Below are positions 8,855-18,817 of a DNA stretch of 64,000 nucleotides, piece after piece. The notes under the pieces are model-generated. The model saw only the letters and a list, made by a program, of their open reading frames with translations, did no database searches and was not told the DNA's origin. Source of the DNA: an uncultured delta proteobacterium (GTDB lineage Bacteria > Desulfobacterota > Binatia > UBA9968); contig CAVYTU010000016.1 in the NCBI GenBank assembly GCA_963771465.1, positions 1-64,000 of the forward strand, read 5' to 3'. The position numbers and the translations under genes were made by a program. Every line of letters begins with the position of its first letter. The first letter of the stretch is position 1.

Positions 8855-10078
8855 TTAGTTCCAACGAGGAAACAGCGCGCGCACGGCATCGAGATGGGCA
8901 ATCACATAGACAAGCACTGAAACGAAGCACAGCAACAAGTAGCCGATCTGAATCCATTCGGCGCGCTGGATGCTTTTCATTCTCAAAAGGCGCCGCGGCA
9001 GGTTAGGCATTAGCGCCAACGCCTGCTGGCGCAGCGTCGGCATCGCCAAAAGATCGGCGACGATATTGTAACCGTCCATTTCGAGAAAATTGAACGGATA
9101 GAGATTGATCAGCGCGCTTTCCCAAAGCAACACTCCAATGCCGAATAAGACCGCCTGACCGGCTCCCGATCCGAACTGATACGCGGCGAGAAACGCGACG
9201 CTGCCGAGTGCCACTTCGACCATCGGACCCGCTAGGTCAACGACCACGCGGGCGCGGCGCGTCGACATAAAAATGTCGGTTACGTCGGCGTAAAAAGTCG
9301 GCAGGACACCTTGCAATAGGAAGAAACCAATCTCGCGCACTCTACGCTTGTAGGATTTACAGGCGAGGGCGTGAATCAGCACATGCAGCATGGATGCCGC
9401 TAACAGGACGGCTAACATAATCGCGCCGCTCCGCCACGGCGTGGCGGAAAGCAGTTGGGTAAACTGCTTGGCCTGGGGGCTCAAGCGCAAGGCAGTGATA
9501 CCGGCCAAGATCGCCAGAAAAATTGTCAGGCATAGGGTGATGCGGTGAAACAGGACAAAGCCGCCGTAACGGTAGATCGCGGCACAGTGCTGGTCGGCGT
9601 CGGGCACAGTGAAGCATAACCCGCGCCAGCATTTGGCCATGGAACTGAATCCCGTCGCCCAATAGCTCGTCTGGCTACGGACTAGAATTTGTTTTAGTGC
9701 TAAATTTTCCCGTTCCACGAGCAAGCCGGCCTGGTGCAACTTTGGCAACAGCTGGCGGATCACCGAGTAATCGAAAGCGCCGAAGCGATGATGAAACGAT
9801 CGCGCGATCTCTTCGAGGGAATGAGAGCCGTCGAAGAATTCCCACAGGAACAACTCTTTCTCATCGATTAACAGATAACGGTTATACTGGAGATTCTTCA
9901 GCACGTAATTGTGCCTGCCGTCGGGGCTTTTCGGTTGGGCGGTGATCGCCCAAGATTCCTGGGCAACGCGTTGCGGCCGGTAGCCGAGGTAGGCTTGGCT
10001 ACTATGGATCTCGTGGAGTTGAAAGCCTGTTTCGCCGGGCTTGTGCGTGAGCAGCTGGAGTTTCGCCGGTTCGGCCAT
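8855..10078 (-). CDS. PqqD/RRE-domain + M50 (site-2 protease) membrane protein, HExxH degenerate (HVLIH)
   Basis: N-terminal YVLKN..RYLLIDEKELFLWEFFDGSHSLEEIA..LLPKLHQAGLL (RRE-like); HVLIHALAC, LAGP and NLYPFNFLEMDGY; start set at MAEPAK to avoid overlap. Confidence 0.8.
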   Translation of the reverse strand: MAEPAKLQLLTHKPGETGFQLHEIHSSQAYLGYRPQRVAQESWAITAQPKSPDGRHNYVLKNLQYNRYLLIDEKELFLWEFFDGSHSLEEIARSFHHRFGAFDYSVIRQLLPKLHQAGLLVERENLALKQILVRSQTSYWATGFSSMAKCWRGLCFTVPDADQHCAAIYRYGGFVLFHRITLCLTIFLAILAGITALRLSPQAKQFTQLLSATPWRSGAIMLAVLLAASMLHVLIHALACKSYKRRVREIGFFLLQGVLPTFYADVTDIFMSTRRARVVVDLAGPMVEVALGSVAFLAAYQFGSGAGQAVLFGIGVLLWESALINLYPFNFLEMDGYNIVADLLAMPTLRQQALALMPNLPRRLLRMKSIQRAEWIQIGYLLLCFVSVLVYVIAHLDAVRALFPRWN

Positions 10079-10088
10079 GGCATTTTTG

Positions 10089-10604
10089 TTATGTGGACTT
10101 GCGACCGAACAACGAGTGGCTACCTGAAGCATAGCCGGTGGCCTCCAAGCCCCAACGGATGGCATCGCGGGTCTGTTCATTGGTGGCGCGCAGTCGTTCG
10201 ATAAAAATCGTCACCAGCCGGTAACAAATTTTCGCTGCTATCTCTGGGTGGTGCGAAAAAATATCGTGGAAGACGGCGCGGTCCAGGCGCCATAGGAGCG
10301 AGTCGGTTTCGACGTTGGCGGTGGCCGAGCGCGGCGCGTTGTCGAATAGTCCCATCTCGCCAAAGAAATCGCCGCGCTGGAAGCGCGTTAGCACCATGTC
10401 GACATCGCCGCTGACATGCTTGCTGACGATGACTGTGCCGTGCTCGACGATGTAGAGCGCATCGGAGTCGTCCATCTCGCGAAAAATTACCGTGCCGGCA
10501 GTGAATTTCTTGGCGATGAACAAGGGTGCCAGGGTGGCCATGGCATGGGCTTCGAGGTCCTGGAACAGGACGACTTTAGTCAATATATCGGCACGGGGCG
10601 GCAT
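10089..10604 (-). CDS. Stand-alone cyclic nucleotide-binding domain protein (no HTH)
   Basis: GTVIFRE...LYIVEHG...GDFFGEMGLFDNAPRSATA phosphate-binding cassette. Confidence 0.92.
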   Translation of the reverse strand: MPPRADILTKVVLFQDLEAHAMATLAPLFIAKKFTAGTVIFREMDDSDALYIVEHGTVIVSKHVSGDVDMVLTRFQRGDFFGEMGLFDNAPRSATANVETDSLLWRLDRAVFHDIFSHHPEIAAKICYRLVTIFIERLRATNEQTRDAIRWGLEATGYASGSHSLFGRKST

Positions 10605-10737
10605 AAGTCGGATGAGCTTTGCCGACGATGCTAGCGGGCTCGATAACAAAGCACAAGTAACCGTGCCGGTGGCGAAACGACTAACACCGTTGGCGGCGAT
10701 TGTGGTGCGCTGCGGATAAGAACGATTAGTGGTTCGG

Positions 10738-11712
10738 CTAGGCGGCCGAGGCCATTTTCTTGACCGGCAGCTGCGCGTTGCGATCGTAGGCTTGGAGCGG
10801 CACCGGTTTCAGATCCCAGATGATGCCGAGCCACGATAACGACTTGAGAATATAATAGGTAACGTCGATTTCCCACCAATAAAAGCCCTGACGGACGGTT
10901 CCCATATGTTGGTGATGGTTGTTATGCCAGCCTTCGCCGAGGGTGATCAGTGCCAGCCAAACATTATTTCTGCTCTCATCGCCAGTGTCATAGCGCTTGC
11001 TGCCATATATATGCGACAGCGAATTGATTGTGGCGGTGCCGTGAAACAACAACGTGGTGCTGATGACGAAGCCCCAAACCAATAATTGCAGCCCGGTGAT
11101 CCCGAGCGCCGGCGCCGCATGTTCCAGAACGAGGCCGCTAAGATAAAGCAGTAACGCCAAGGAGAGCGGCACCGCTTTGTCGTAACGGTTGAGCCAAACG
11201 AGTTCAGGGAACCGGGCAAAGTCCCGAATGCGATGATACTGGGTGGCGTAAAAACGGTTGCACATGAACCAACCGGCGTGGGAGCGGAAGAAACTATAAT
11301 GCACCGGCGAGTGCGGGTCTGCGGGCGTATCCGAGTTACGATGGTGTTCGCGATGGTTGGCCGCCCACCAGAGCGGTCCGCGCTGCGTCGCCGAGGCACC
11401 CAAGATTGCAAAGATAAATTGCGCGGGGCGCGAAGTTTTAAAAGTGCGGTGGGAAAAGTATCGATGATAAATTCCCGTGATCGCGAACATGCGCACGAAG
11501 TAGAGAACGGCCGCCGTGGTTACGGCGGGCCAACTCCAGCCCACGATAAAAACCCCGAGACAGCCGAGATGCAGGATTATGAAAGGCAGGCTACGCAGCC
11601 AGTTGACGCGGTCGATATCGCCAACCTTGTCCACCGAGGTCACCGCGTGATAATCGGCATCGAACCATTGGACGAGGGAGCTCACCATAGTTTTGCGGAA
11701 TTTTCGTTTCAT
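10738..11712 (-). CDS. Acyl-CoA (delta-9-type) fatty acid desaturase
   Basis: His boxes HRYFSH, HREHH and GEGWHNNHH. Confidence 0.93.
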   Translation of the reverse strand: MKRKFRKTMVSSLVQWFDADYHAVTSVDKVGDIDRVNWLRSLPFIILHLGCLGVFIVGWSWPAVTTAAVLYFVRMFAITGIYHRYFSHRTFKTSRPAQFIFAILGASATQRGPLWWAANHREHHRNSDTPADPHSPVHYSFFRSHAGWFMCNRFYATQYHRIRDFARFPELVWLNRYDKAVPLSLALLLYLSGLVLEHAAPALGITGLQLLVWGFVISTTLLFHGTATINSLSHIYGSKRYDTGDESRNNVWLALITLGEGWHNNHHQHMGTVRQGFYWWEIDVTYYILKSLSWLGIIWDLKPVPLQAYDRNAQLPVKKMASAA

Positions 11713-11912
11713 TTAGCCCATCACAGTACCATGAGGTGGCCCGAGCTTCAATAAATATCCTAAAAATTACTGTTAAATTTGCGAATAAACGGCCGGCTTT
11801 TGAACGATTGTTTAGGGTTTCACCAAGTAACGGCCGTTAGCTAAGGACCGACCTCATATAAGACAGAGTCTGAGAGGATTTACGGTTAGAATGTTTTCGA
11901 CGGTCGCGTCGC

Positions 11913-12134
11913 TCAAATCGCCGGGATTCCTTCGAGAAGCAGGAGAATATCACCCGTCGGCTTGATGCCGGCTTCGACAAAGCCGATCCGCAGTTTGCGA
12001 AAGTCGTCGAGAAGCGTGGAGCCCACGATCTGAGTAAAACTGCAAAGAACGTATGGTTCGCTGACGATGCCGGTGCCAAGCGGATGAATCTGGGGAAATT
12101 CGTTCAAGAACGGTTGCGTCACGGCTTCGAGCAT
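11913..12134 (-). pseudogene. Probable internal fragment of an amidohydrolase-2 gene
   Basis: IVGSTLLDDFRKLRIGFVEAG parallels ICKGTLERNPELQVVFLEAG in 38571..39671. Confidence 0.45.
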
Positions 12135-12174
12135 AAGTGTGATCGCCGGGCTGGAGTAACTACGCTTGGGGCTC

Positions 12175-13113
12175 TCAAAGCGCGGCGAAGTAGTCGGCCA
12201 TTTGTTTGCGCACAGCGGCTGACGGCAGCGATCCGACTCCCGCTTGCATGTTATCGATCAGATGAGCGGTTTTGCTGGTTGCCGGGATAGCGCAGGTGAC
12301 CGCTGGATGCGAAATGACAAACTTCAAGAAAAATTGCGCCCAACTGGCGCAGCCGACTTCATTTGCCCACGCCGGCAGCGGCTTGCCGCGCACTTTGGTA
12401 AATAATCCGCCGGCGCCGAGCGGCCGGTTGATCAACACGGCGATGCGCCGGTCGGCGGCGACAGGCAAAAGACGTTTTTCAGCGTCACGCTCGCCGAGGG
12501 AATAATTTATTTGCACGAAGTCGAGATCTTCGCCGGCGAGCACGCGCGCGAGCTCGTCGTGGGCGCTGGCGGTATAGTGAGTGACGCCGATGTAACGGAC
12601 TTTGCCTTCCTCTTTCCAGCGCCTGAGCGTGCTCAGATGGACACGGTAGTCGACAAGGTTATGCACTTGCATGAGATCCATACGCTGGGTGCGTAGGCGC
12701 TTGAACGATTCATCCATCTGGCGCACGCCGGCGTCCCGCCCGCTGATCCAAACCTTGGTGGCGAAAAATAGTTGCTTTTGGACACCTAACTCCGCGGCGA
12801 GATCGCCGGCAACGCCCTCCGATTTACCGTACATCGGCGAAGAATCGACGACGCGGCCACCGAGGCGAACGAACTCGCTCAGAACCTGGCGCAATGGATC
12901 GCGCGCCGCTTTGCCCGCGCCGACATCGAAAGTTTGCCAAGTGCCGAGGCCGATGACCGGCAACAGCTCGCCGGTTTTTGGAATGGGTTTCTTAATTGCC
13001 GCGTCAGCCAATGCCGAACCTCCCGTTAATGCGTAAGCACCAGCGCTGAGCGCTGCGAACAGGAACTCGCGGCGCGTTGCCAGGCCGAAGCGAAGTGAAA
13101 CCAAATCATTCAC
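12175..13113 (-). CDS. Aldo/keto reductase with Tat signal
   Basis: TRREFL twin-Arg; IGLGTWQ, DSSPMYG and DLMQVHNL motifs. Confidence 0.93.
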   Translation of the reverse strand: MNDLVSLRFGLATRREFLFAALSAGAYALTGGSALADAAIKKPIPKTGELLPVIGLGTWQTFDVGAGKAARDPLRQVLSEFVRLGGRVVDSSPMYGKSEGVAGDLAAELGVQKQLFFATKVWISGRDAGVRQMDESFKRLRTQRMDLMQVHNLVDYRVHLSTLRRWKEEGKVRYIGVTHYTASAHDELARVLAGEDLDFVQINYSLGERDAEKRLLPVAADRRIAVLINRPLGAGGLFTKVRGKPLPAWANEVGCASWAQFFLKFVISHPAVTCAIPATSKTAHLIDNMQAGVGSLPSAAVRKQMADYFAAL

Positions 13114-13175
13114 AGACGCGAGAAGTTTACCGATTCAAACCCCGATCCTCAATCCTCATCTCGTTTTCAGCACTG

Positions 13176-14039
13176 CTAAATTCCCATATTGTCTTCCGGC
13201 TTGCGCCTGCGCTCTTTGTCGCGCGGGATGCCGCTCCAATCGCCAAACATCCAGAATTCCGTCAAACTGCCGAACACGCCGAGCGGAATCGCCAGTGCCA
13301 TGATGAAATACCAAAGATTTTCGCCGTAATCGCCGAGTAGAGACATGAGCATGGCGATGAGCTTAGCCGTGGCGCCGCCGAAGACCGCGCCCATTAACAA
13401 GCGCGTGTTGCGCTGCACGCCGTAGTGAGTGGCGTAAATGCCCCACAGTCCGCCGATAAAAAAAGCCAGGAACGGTCCCAAACAGAGCGCGAAGATGGCG
13501 CCGGCGCCGCCGCCGCGCAACGAAGCGTCTTGGCGCTTTTCCGCTTCGGTTTGACTGCCGACGCGAAGGTCGCCGCGAATCACGCCGAAGAGATAGTGCA
13601 CCGCACCGTGAATGCCCAAGTCGGACCGCAAGCCGTCCCAGTAAAGCGCGACTTGGGCTTGCAGTTTTTCGCGCGCCACGGGCTCGGGCAAGAGCGGGCG
13701 CAGCTCCGCGCCGGCTTGCAAGCCGACCAAATGTTCCTTGCGCGCGACGATAAGCAAAGCGGTTTTCGCTAGGTCGTCGCTATCGAGCGGCAGCAACTTG
13801 AACGCTCTAGCACCGAACGTATCGAGTTTTTCCCCGTCGAGACTTTTGACCGTGAGTACGACGACTGTTGCCGCCGTTTCAGTTTTGAAACGGTGCAGCC
13901 GCTCTTTGAGATCGTCCGCGCTCGCTGGCGGGAGCATGCCGGCGAAGTCGTTGATACCGGCTTTAAGCGGTGGCAAATCTATGGCGAAGGAATTGGCGGC
14001 GAAGCTTAAACTTAGCAGGGCGAGCAGCCAAAAAATCAT
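13176..14039 (-). CDS. TPM (TLP18.3/Psb32/MOLO-1) domain membrane protein
   Basis: Signal peptide; INDFAGML..VVVLTVKSLDG; C-terminal TM helices. Confidence 0.8.
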   Translation of the reverse strand: MIFWLLALLSLSFAANSFAIDLPPLKAGINDFAGMLPPASADDLKERLHRFKTETAATVVVLTVKSLDGEKLDTFGARAFKLLPLDSDDLAKTALLIVARKEHLVGLQAGAELRPLLPEPVAREKLQAQVALYWDGLRSDLGIHGAVHYLFGVIRGDLRVGSQTEAEKRQDASLRGGGAGAIFALCLGPFLAFFIGGLWGIYATHYGVQRNTRLLMGAVFGGATAKLIAMLMSLLGDYGENLWYFIMALAIPLGVFGSLTEFWMFGDWSGIPRDKERRRKPEDNMGI

Positions 14040-14815
14040 CTTCGGCCTTTCACTGCTCCCTGCGCGCGCCGATCCAATTCAGCTAACTGGTTCTTACTGA
14101 GTGGAAAGCCGAACTGTTCATTGCGCATGCGCAGCCGTTGACCGGATACTTCGCAAATGATTTTCGCGGCGCGGTCGAAATCGGCCTGAGTCTTCACCAG
14201 CGGCGCAAGTGCACGTCCGCCGCTGTCTTTGTGGCCGACCTCGTCGAGCAGGATGTCGTAAAAAACTTTGGCGATTCTGCCTTCGACGCCGGATGTTTTT
14301 AGCTCGCTACAAACTCGATAAAGCGCGCCGCCGCCGCCTTCCGTGAGCGTGATGGCGGCGCGCTCGATACTCTCGTCTTGGCGGCGAATTTCTTTGGCGC
14401 TGATGGCTCCCGAGCCATGTAAAAGTGTTGCGTAACTCGGCGAGTAGCGCGCACGAATTTTCGCGAGTTTTCTGTCTTGCGGCAGCCAGAGTAAATCCTT
14501 GAAGGTAATTTTTTTGCCGCTAATGTCTTCCAGCAGATCCATCACTAGCCGGGCGTGCTTGGTTTCGTCGGCGAGTTTTTCGGTCAACTCTTCGTAGTCA
14601 TGACGGTCGATGCCTCGATCGATCTCCGGATAAAGTTTCGCCAGCGCCGTGAAGATCGGCTTGATCGCCGAGTATTCTTTAAACGCTTGCGCGCGCAGCC
14701 AGCGCAGATGATCCTGCTTGCCACGCGGCGTGGCAAAGAAGGCATGGACGATCGCTTCTTCGGCCGCGCGGTACGCCGCAGCGAGTTTGGTGAGTTTCCG
14801 GACGTTACGGTTCAT
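14036..14815 (-). CDS. Ferritin-like di-iron protein of unknown function
   Basis: Two ExxH motifs (DETKH, DEVGH) each preceded by a Glu helix. Confidence 0.7.
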   Translation of the reverse strand: MNRNVRKLTKLAAAYRAAEEAIVHAFFATPRGKQDHLRWLRAQAFKEYSAIKPIFTALAKLYPEIDRGIDRHDYEELTEKLADETKHARLVMDLLEDISGKKITFKDLLWLPQDRKLAKIRARYSPSYATLLHGSGAISAKEIRRQDESIERAAITLTEGGGGALYRVCSELKTSGVEGRIAKVFYDILLDEVGHKDSGGRALAPLVKTQADFDRAAKIICEVSGQRLRMRNEQFGFPLSKNQLAELDRRAQGAVKGRR

Positions 14816-14917
14816 TAGATTCGATTTGGAATTTGACGTGGGATTTCGCTTTTCAGCAGGATCAAGCAATATCCATCACTGCTTCATCATGACGAGTTTG
14901 CAGTTCCGCCAAACTCG

Positions 14918-15433
14918 TTACTTCGGCGGCACGGGAACCACCGTGCCGCACTTTTTGCACGTGCGCAGTCGCTCGTCACTGGAGAACTTCTGATAAACCT
15001 GCCCGACTGGATCGGCGCGATAGTCGCCGACCACGACGGAAGTTGTGTAAACTTTGTCGCCGCAATTGTTACAGAACCATTCAAAGTGATCGATTTCGCC
15101 GGCTCTGCGTTTGCGCTCGAAGACGATGAACCAAGAGTTCGCTTCAAGGCGCGGCGAGTGCGGCACGCCGGCGGGACAGAGCAGTATTTGGCCTGCTTTG
15201 ATGTCGGCGGTTTGTTCATTGTTGGCTTCGTCACGGTAGACGAGATGCTGCACACCGGTCAGTTGCAGCGTCACTTCGTCCGCCGGATCGATGTGAAAAT
15301 CCCAGCGCTCTTTGCGTCCGCTGCTCAAGAACGCGATGGATTCCGAATCCTGCCACAGCACGCGGCGAGTTTTACCCTCAGCTTTGACGTCTTCGATCAC
15401 TCCGGTGAGGTCGATCGGTATGAGTTTTTCCAT
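14918..15433 (-). CDS. 3-hydroxyanthranilate 3,4-dioxygenase-like cupin with rubredoxin-type CxxC pair
   Basis: DFHIDPADE, PAGVPHSPR, WFCNNC and RTCKKCG; start set at MEKLIP. Confidence 0.8.
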   Translation of the reverse strand: MEKLIPIDLTGVIEDVKAEGKTRRVLWQDSESIAFLSSGRKERWDFHIDPADEVTLQLTGVQHLVYRDEANNEQTADIKAGQILLCPAGVPHSPRLEANSWFIVFERKRRAGEIDHFEWFCNNCGDKVYTTSVVVGDYRADPVGQVYQKFSSDERLRTCKKCGTVVPVPPK

Positions 15434-15662
15434 GGGCCGACTATAACGCTTTCGAAAGCGGCGGGGCAACTGGGTTTGCCTCGCTCCTTGCCGGTATCTT
15501 AGATACGAGATCTGCCGCTTGGACGCAGCGCTGTTTGACAAGCCGAAGGCCGACCTATTTCTTCTATGGCTCGAGTCGCTGCCGGTGGCCACGTTAAACG
15601 ATGAGACTATTTCACTGTAGTTTGCTAAGAGGTATAAGTTCTTTCATCATCATTCACGGAGA

Positions 15663-16401
15663 ATGAAAATGCTCATCACCAACAAACAGTCGGGGACGAA
15701 TGTCCATGAAGTCGCGGATGGGATTTACCGCATCAATACGCCGGTAATTTTGGAAGGCGGGTCTGGCGGCTTCTCGTTCAATCAGTTTCTCATCGCCGAT
15801 GACACGCCGTTGCTCTTTCACACTGGGCCGCGCAAGATGTTCCCGCTGGTGCGCGAGGCGGTCGCGAGTGTGTTGCCCGTGGAACGGCTGCGCTACGTTG
15901 GCTTTTCGCATGTCGAAGCGGATGAATGCGGTTCGCTCAACGAATGGCTTGCGGCGGCGCCGCAAGCCGCGCCGCTGTGCGGCAAAGTGGCCGCGCTGGT
16001 TTCCATCGATGATATCGCCGACCGGCCGGCACGCGCACTGGCGGATGGAGAAACGCTTGTGCTTGGAAAACATGCCGTGCGCTGGTTCGACACGCCGCAT
16101 TTACCCCATGCGTGGGAATGTGGCTTCCTGATGGAAGAGCAAACTCGGACGCTGCTATGCGGCGATCTGTTCACTCAGGGCGGCGCCGAACATCCAGCCA
16201 CCACCGAGGCGGATATCCTCGGGCCGAGCGAAGCGTTCCGTCATGCGATGGACTATTACTCATACACACGAGAACGCGGGTTCGATGCTTGAAAGACTGG
16301 CCGCCACCGCTCCAACAACGCTTGCCTGCATGCACGGCAGCACATGGAAGGGCGACGGAGCGAAGCTTTTGCGTGCGCTTGGCCATGCATTGACGGCATA
16401 A
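15663..16401 (+). pseudogene. MBL-fold (ODP/FprA-like) metallo-hydrolase with a frameshift near 16270
   Basis: FSHVEADECG, PHLPHAWE and LCGDLF; C-terminus NAGSMLERLAATAPTTLACMHGS...LTA* continues in another frame to 16401; may be a sequencing error. Confidence 0.8.
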
Positions 16402-16649
16402 TCGCACGCGCAGCATGTACGTTGAGTTCAGCGGCGTAATGCGGAATTGATGGAATTCTCATTGGCTATATTGAAAGAGTGCCTAAGTATCGTGCCTGCC
16501 GTAAAAGCAAAATATGAAGCAGCAATCCTCTAATAAAAAGTTTGCGTGGATTCTGGGGCACAATAGCAATTTTCAGAAAATAACGCTCGCCTTGACCGGT
16601 CGACGACTGCGGTGATAAGTTTTTGAACAATTCAATTCGGAGGTGTTTC

Positions 16650-17441
16650 ATGGCGACGCGAGTTTGGGAAAAATTTCTCACGGAACAAGACAAGGCGACG
16701 TTAGTTGGCAAGGCAGATCGGCGCGTCGGGTTCGGCGAGCGGCCGGCATTGCTGTTGATCGATCTTTATCGTTGGGTGTTTGGCGATAAACCGGAGGCGG
16801 TGACGGACGCGATCAAAACTTGGCCGGGGAGTTGCGGGCTCGCGGGTTGGAACGCTTTGCCGCATATCCAAAAACTTCTCGCCAAGGCGCGCGAAGTCGG
16901 CATTCCGATCATCCATGTTACCGGCATGGATGGAGTTGCCGTCGAGCCTTGGGCCTTTCGCCGCGATACCAAGAAGCGCGCAACGATGAGCGCCGAAGAG
17001 CTGGATCGTTTTCGCCGCCGTTACGACATTGTTGACGAGGTCAAGCCGATCCCTGGGGAAACGGTGTTCAAAAAAGTTTCGCCGAGCGCATTCTGGGGCA
17101 CGCCGCTGGTCGGCCATCTTAATTTTCTCGGCGTCGACACGATCATCACTTGCGGCGAGAGCACCAGCGGCTGCGTCCGCGCCAGCGTGGTCGACGGCAC
17201 GACCAATCGCTTGCGCATGGTGGTTGCTGAAGAGTGCGTCTTCGACCGCCACGAAGCCTGTCACGCGATTAACTTATTCGACATGAATCAAAAATACGCC
17301 GACGTGTTGCCGCTCGACGACATCGTCAAATATCTCGACGCCTGGCGCGCTGAAAAAGCGGGCCAAGTTGGGTATGCAAACAACAGCATGGAGTATCTGA
17401 AAGATCTCGCCATCGGCGAGGAATATAAGGGACTGCGGTGA
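16650..17441 (+). CDS. Isochorismatase-family cysteine hydrolase (maleamate amidohydrolase-like)
   Basis: GGAGG RBS; ALLLID, K..PSAF.GT and GESTSGCVRASVVD. Confidence 0.92.
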   Translation: MATRVWEKFLTEQDKATLVGKADRRVGFGERPALLLIDLYRWVFGDKPEAVTDAIKTWPGSCGLAGWNALPHIQKLLAKAREVGIPIIHVTGMDGVAVEPWAFRRDTKKRATMSAEELDRFRRRYDIVDEVKPIPGETVFKKVSPSAFWGTPLVGHLNFLGVDTIITCGESTSGCVRASVVDGTTNRLRMVVAEECVFDRHEACHAINLFDMNQKYADVLPLDDIVKYLDAWRAEKAGQVGYANNSMEYLKDLAIGEEYKGLR

Positions 17442-17450
17442 AAATGAAAT

Positions 17451-17540
17451 TGGAGTGATGGAGTAGGAGAATTGGAGTGGTCGGAATAATGGAGTGTTGG
17501 AGTAATGATTTTTCGAAACCCCACCACTCCACTACTCCAG
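17451..17540. repeat. TGGAGTNN octamer tandem repeats with inverted arm
   Basis: tggagtga tggagtag..tggagtgt tggagtaa ... ccactccactactcca; between convergent genes and overlapping the MFS stop. Confidence 0.85.
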
Positions 17541-18701
17541 TTTCCCGCGTTTCAATCCCCACCATGTGATTACCAAGACGGCCAGTGAACTCAACGCCAT
17601 CGCTTGAAAACCTTGTTCGTAGCCCAGCTTCTCGATCAATACGCCGCAGGCAAGCGGTCCCAACATTTGTCCAATCGAAGTCGAGGCGCGCGATAGGCCG
17701 AGGCTCAGTCCTTTGGCCGACGGCGGCGCGCATTGCAAGGCGAACGTCGTTGCCCCGACATTCGTCCAGCCAAATCCCAATGTCATGACCGCCAGCGGTA
17801 ACAGCAGCGCGATGTAGCCGCTACCATAAACCTGGACGAGAAACATCGGCACACCAACCGCGACGCCGAGCAAAATCACACGTGAGGCTTGAAGCCGATC
17901 GGATAGCAGACCGCCGCTGAATCGGCCGAGGGTGTCGGTAAGCCGCGAGATCGATACCATGGCGCCGACGGCGTCGAGGCCGATGCCGCGTTGGTTGACG
18001 GCGAGGAAGGGAAACGCGACGCGGGTTACGCCGACTAAAAAAAAGAAGGACTGGCAGATGGCGAGGCACGAGGCGAGAAATGGCGGCTGCTTCAACAGAC
18101 CGATGCCTTCGCGCCATAGCGTAGTTGAAGTATCCCTCACCGCTTTACGGTAACGGTGCGCGCCGCCGAGCAAGACGAGAATAAGCCCGAGCACTTCGGG
18201 AATCGCGTAGAGCAAAAATAGTGAGTTGGTGCCGAGCCATTTGCCGACGAAGCCGCCGAGTAGTGGGCCGAGCGTAAAGCCGATGCCCAGCGCCGACGCC
18301 ATTTGTCCTTGCACCTTGCCTTGCTGCTCAGGAGCCGATTGGTCAAAGCCGATTTTTCTCAATGAGAGCGCGAACATCGCTTCGGTGAGTCCGTAGACGG
18401 TGAAGACGGCGAGAAATACCGGCATGACGTCAAGAAACAGATAGCCGATCACGCTCATGGCGAAGCCGATCACCACCGCCGCGATCAGCAACGTTCCGGA
18501 GCTGAAATAAGTCGCCATCACGCCGGAAAATAGATCGGAGCAAACCCGGCCGACGCCGTTGGCGGCTAGCGGTATGCCCGCCAGTGCGATGGAATAGCCG
18601 TGTTCTTTCATGAAGAATGGCGCGAGCATTGCGGCGCCTGACGAGCCCGCGGTTTGGCAAACGGCGGCGGTGACGTAGTAAGTGATCGGCGAAAGTTTCA
18701 T
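17532..18701 (-). CDS. MFS transporter
   Basis: About 12 hydrophobic helices; GLLSDRL motif A. Confidence 0.9.
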   Translation of the reverse strand: MKLSPITYYVTAAVCQTAGSSGAAMLAPFFMKEHGYSIALAGIPLAANGVGRVCSDLFSGVMATYFSSGTLLIAAVVIGFAMSVIGYLFLDVMPVFLAVFTVYGLTEAMFALSLRKIGFDQSAPEQQGKVQGQMASALGIGFTLGPLLGGFVGKWLGTNSLFLLYAIPEVLGLILVLLGGAHRYRKAVRDTSTTLWREGIGLLKQPPFLASCLAICQSFFFLVGVTRVAFPFLAVNQRGIGLDAVGAMVSISRLTDTLGRFSGGLLSDRLQASRVILLGVAVGVPMFLVQVYGSGYIALLLPLAVMTLGFGWTNVGATTFALQCAPPSAKGLSLGLSRASTSIGQMLGPLACGVLIEKLGYEQGFQAMALSSLAVLVITWWGLKRGKLE

Positions 18702-18817
18702 GGCGCCGGATTATAACAGCAGATCGGTGTCACGCCTACGATTGCGCGGCAAAAATTCCGTTGTGGACAGCCAACTGTGAGCTTGATAGAACGACAACGC
18801 TGGAAGAGGTGTTACCC

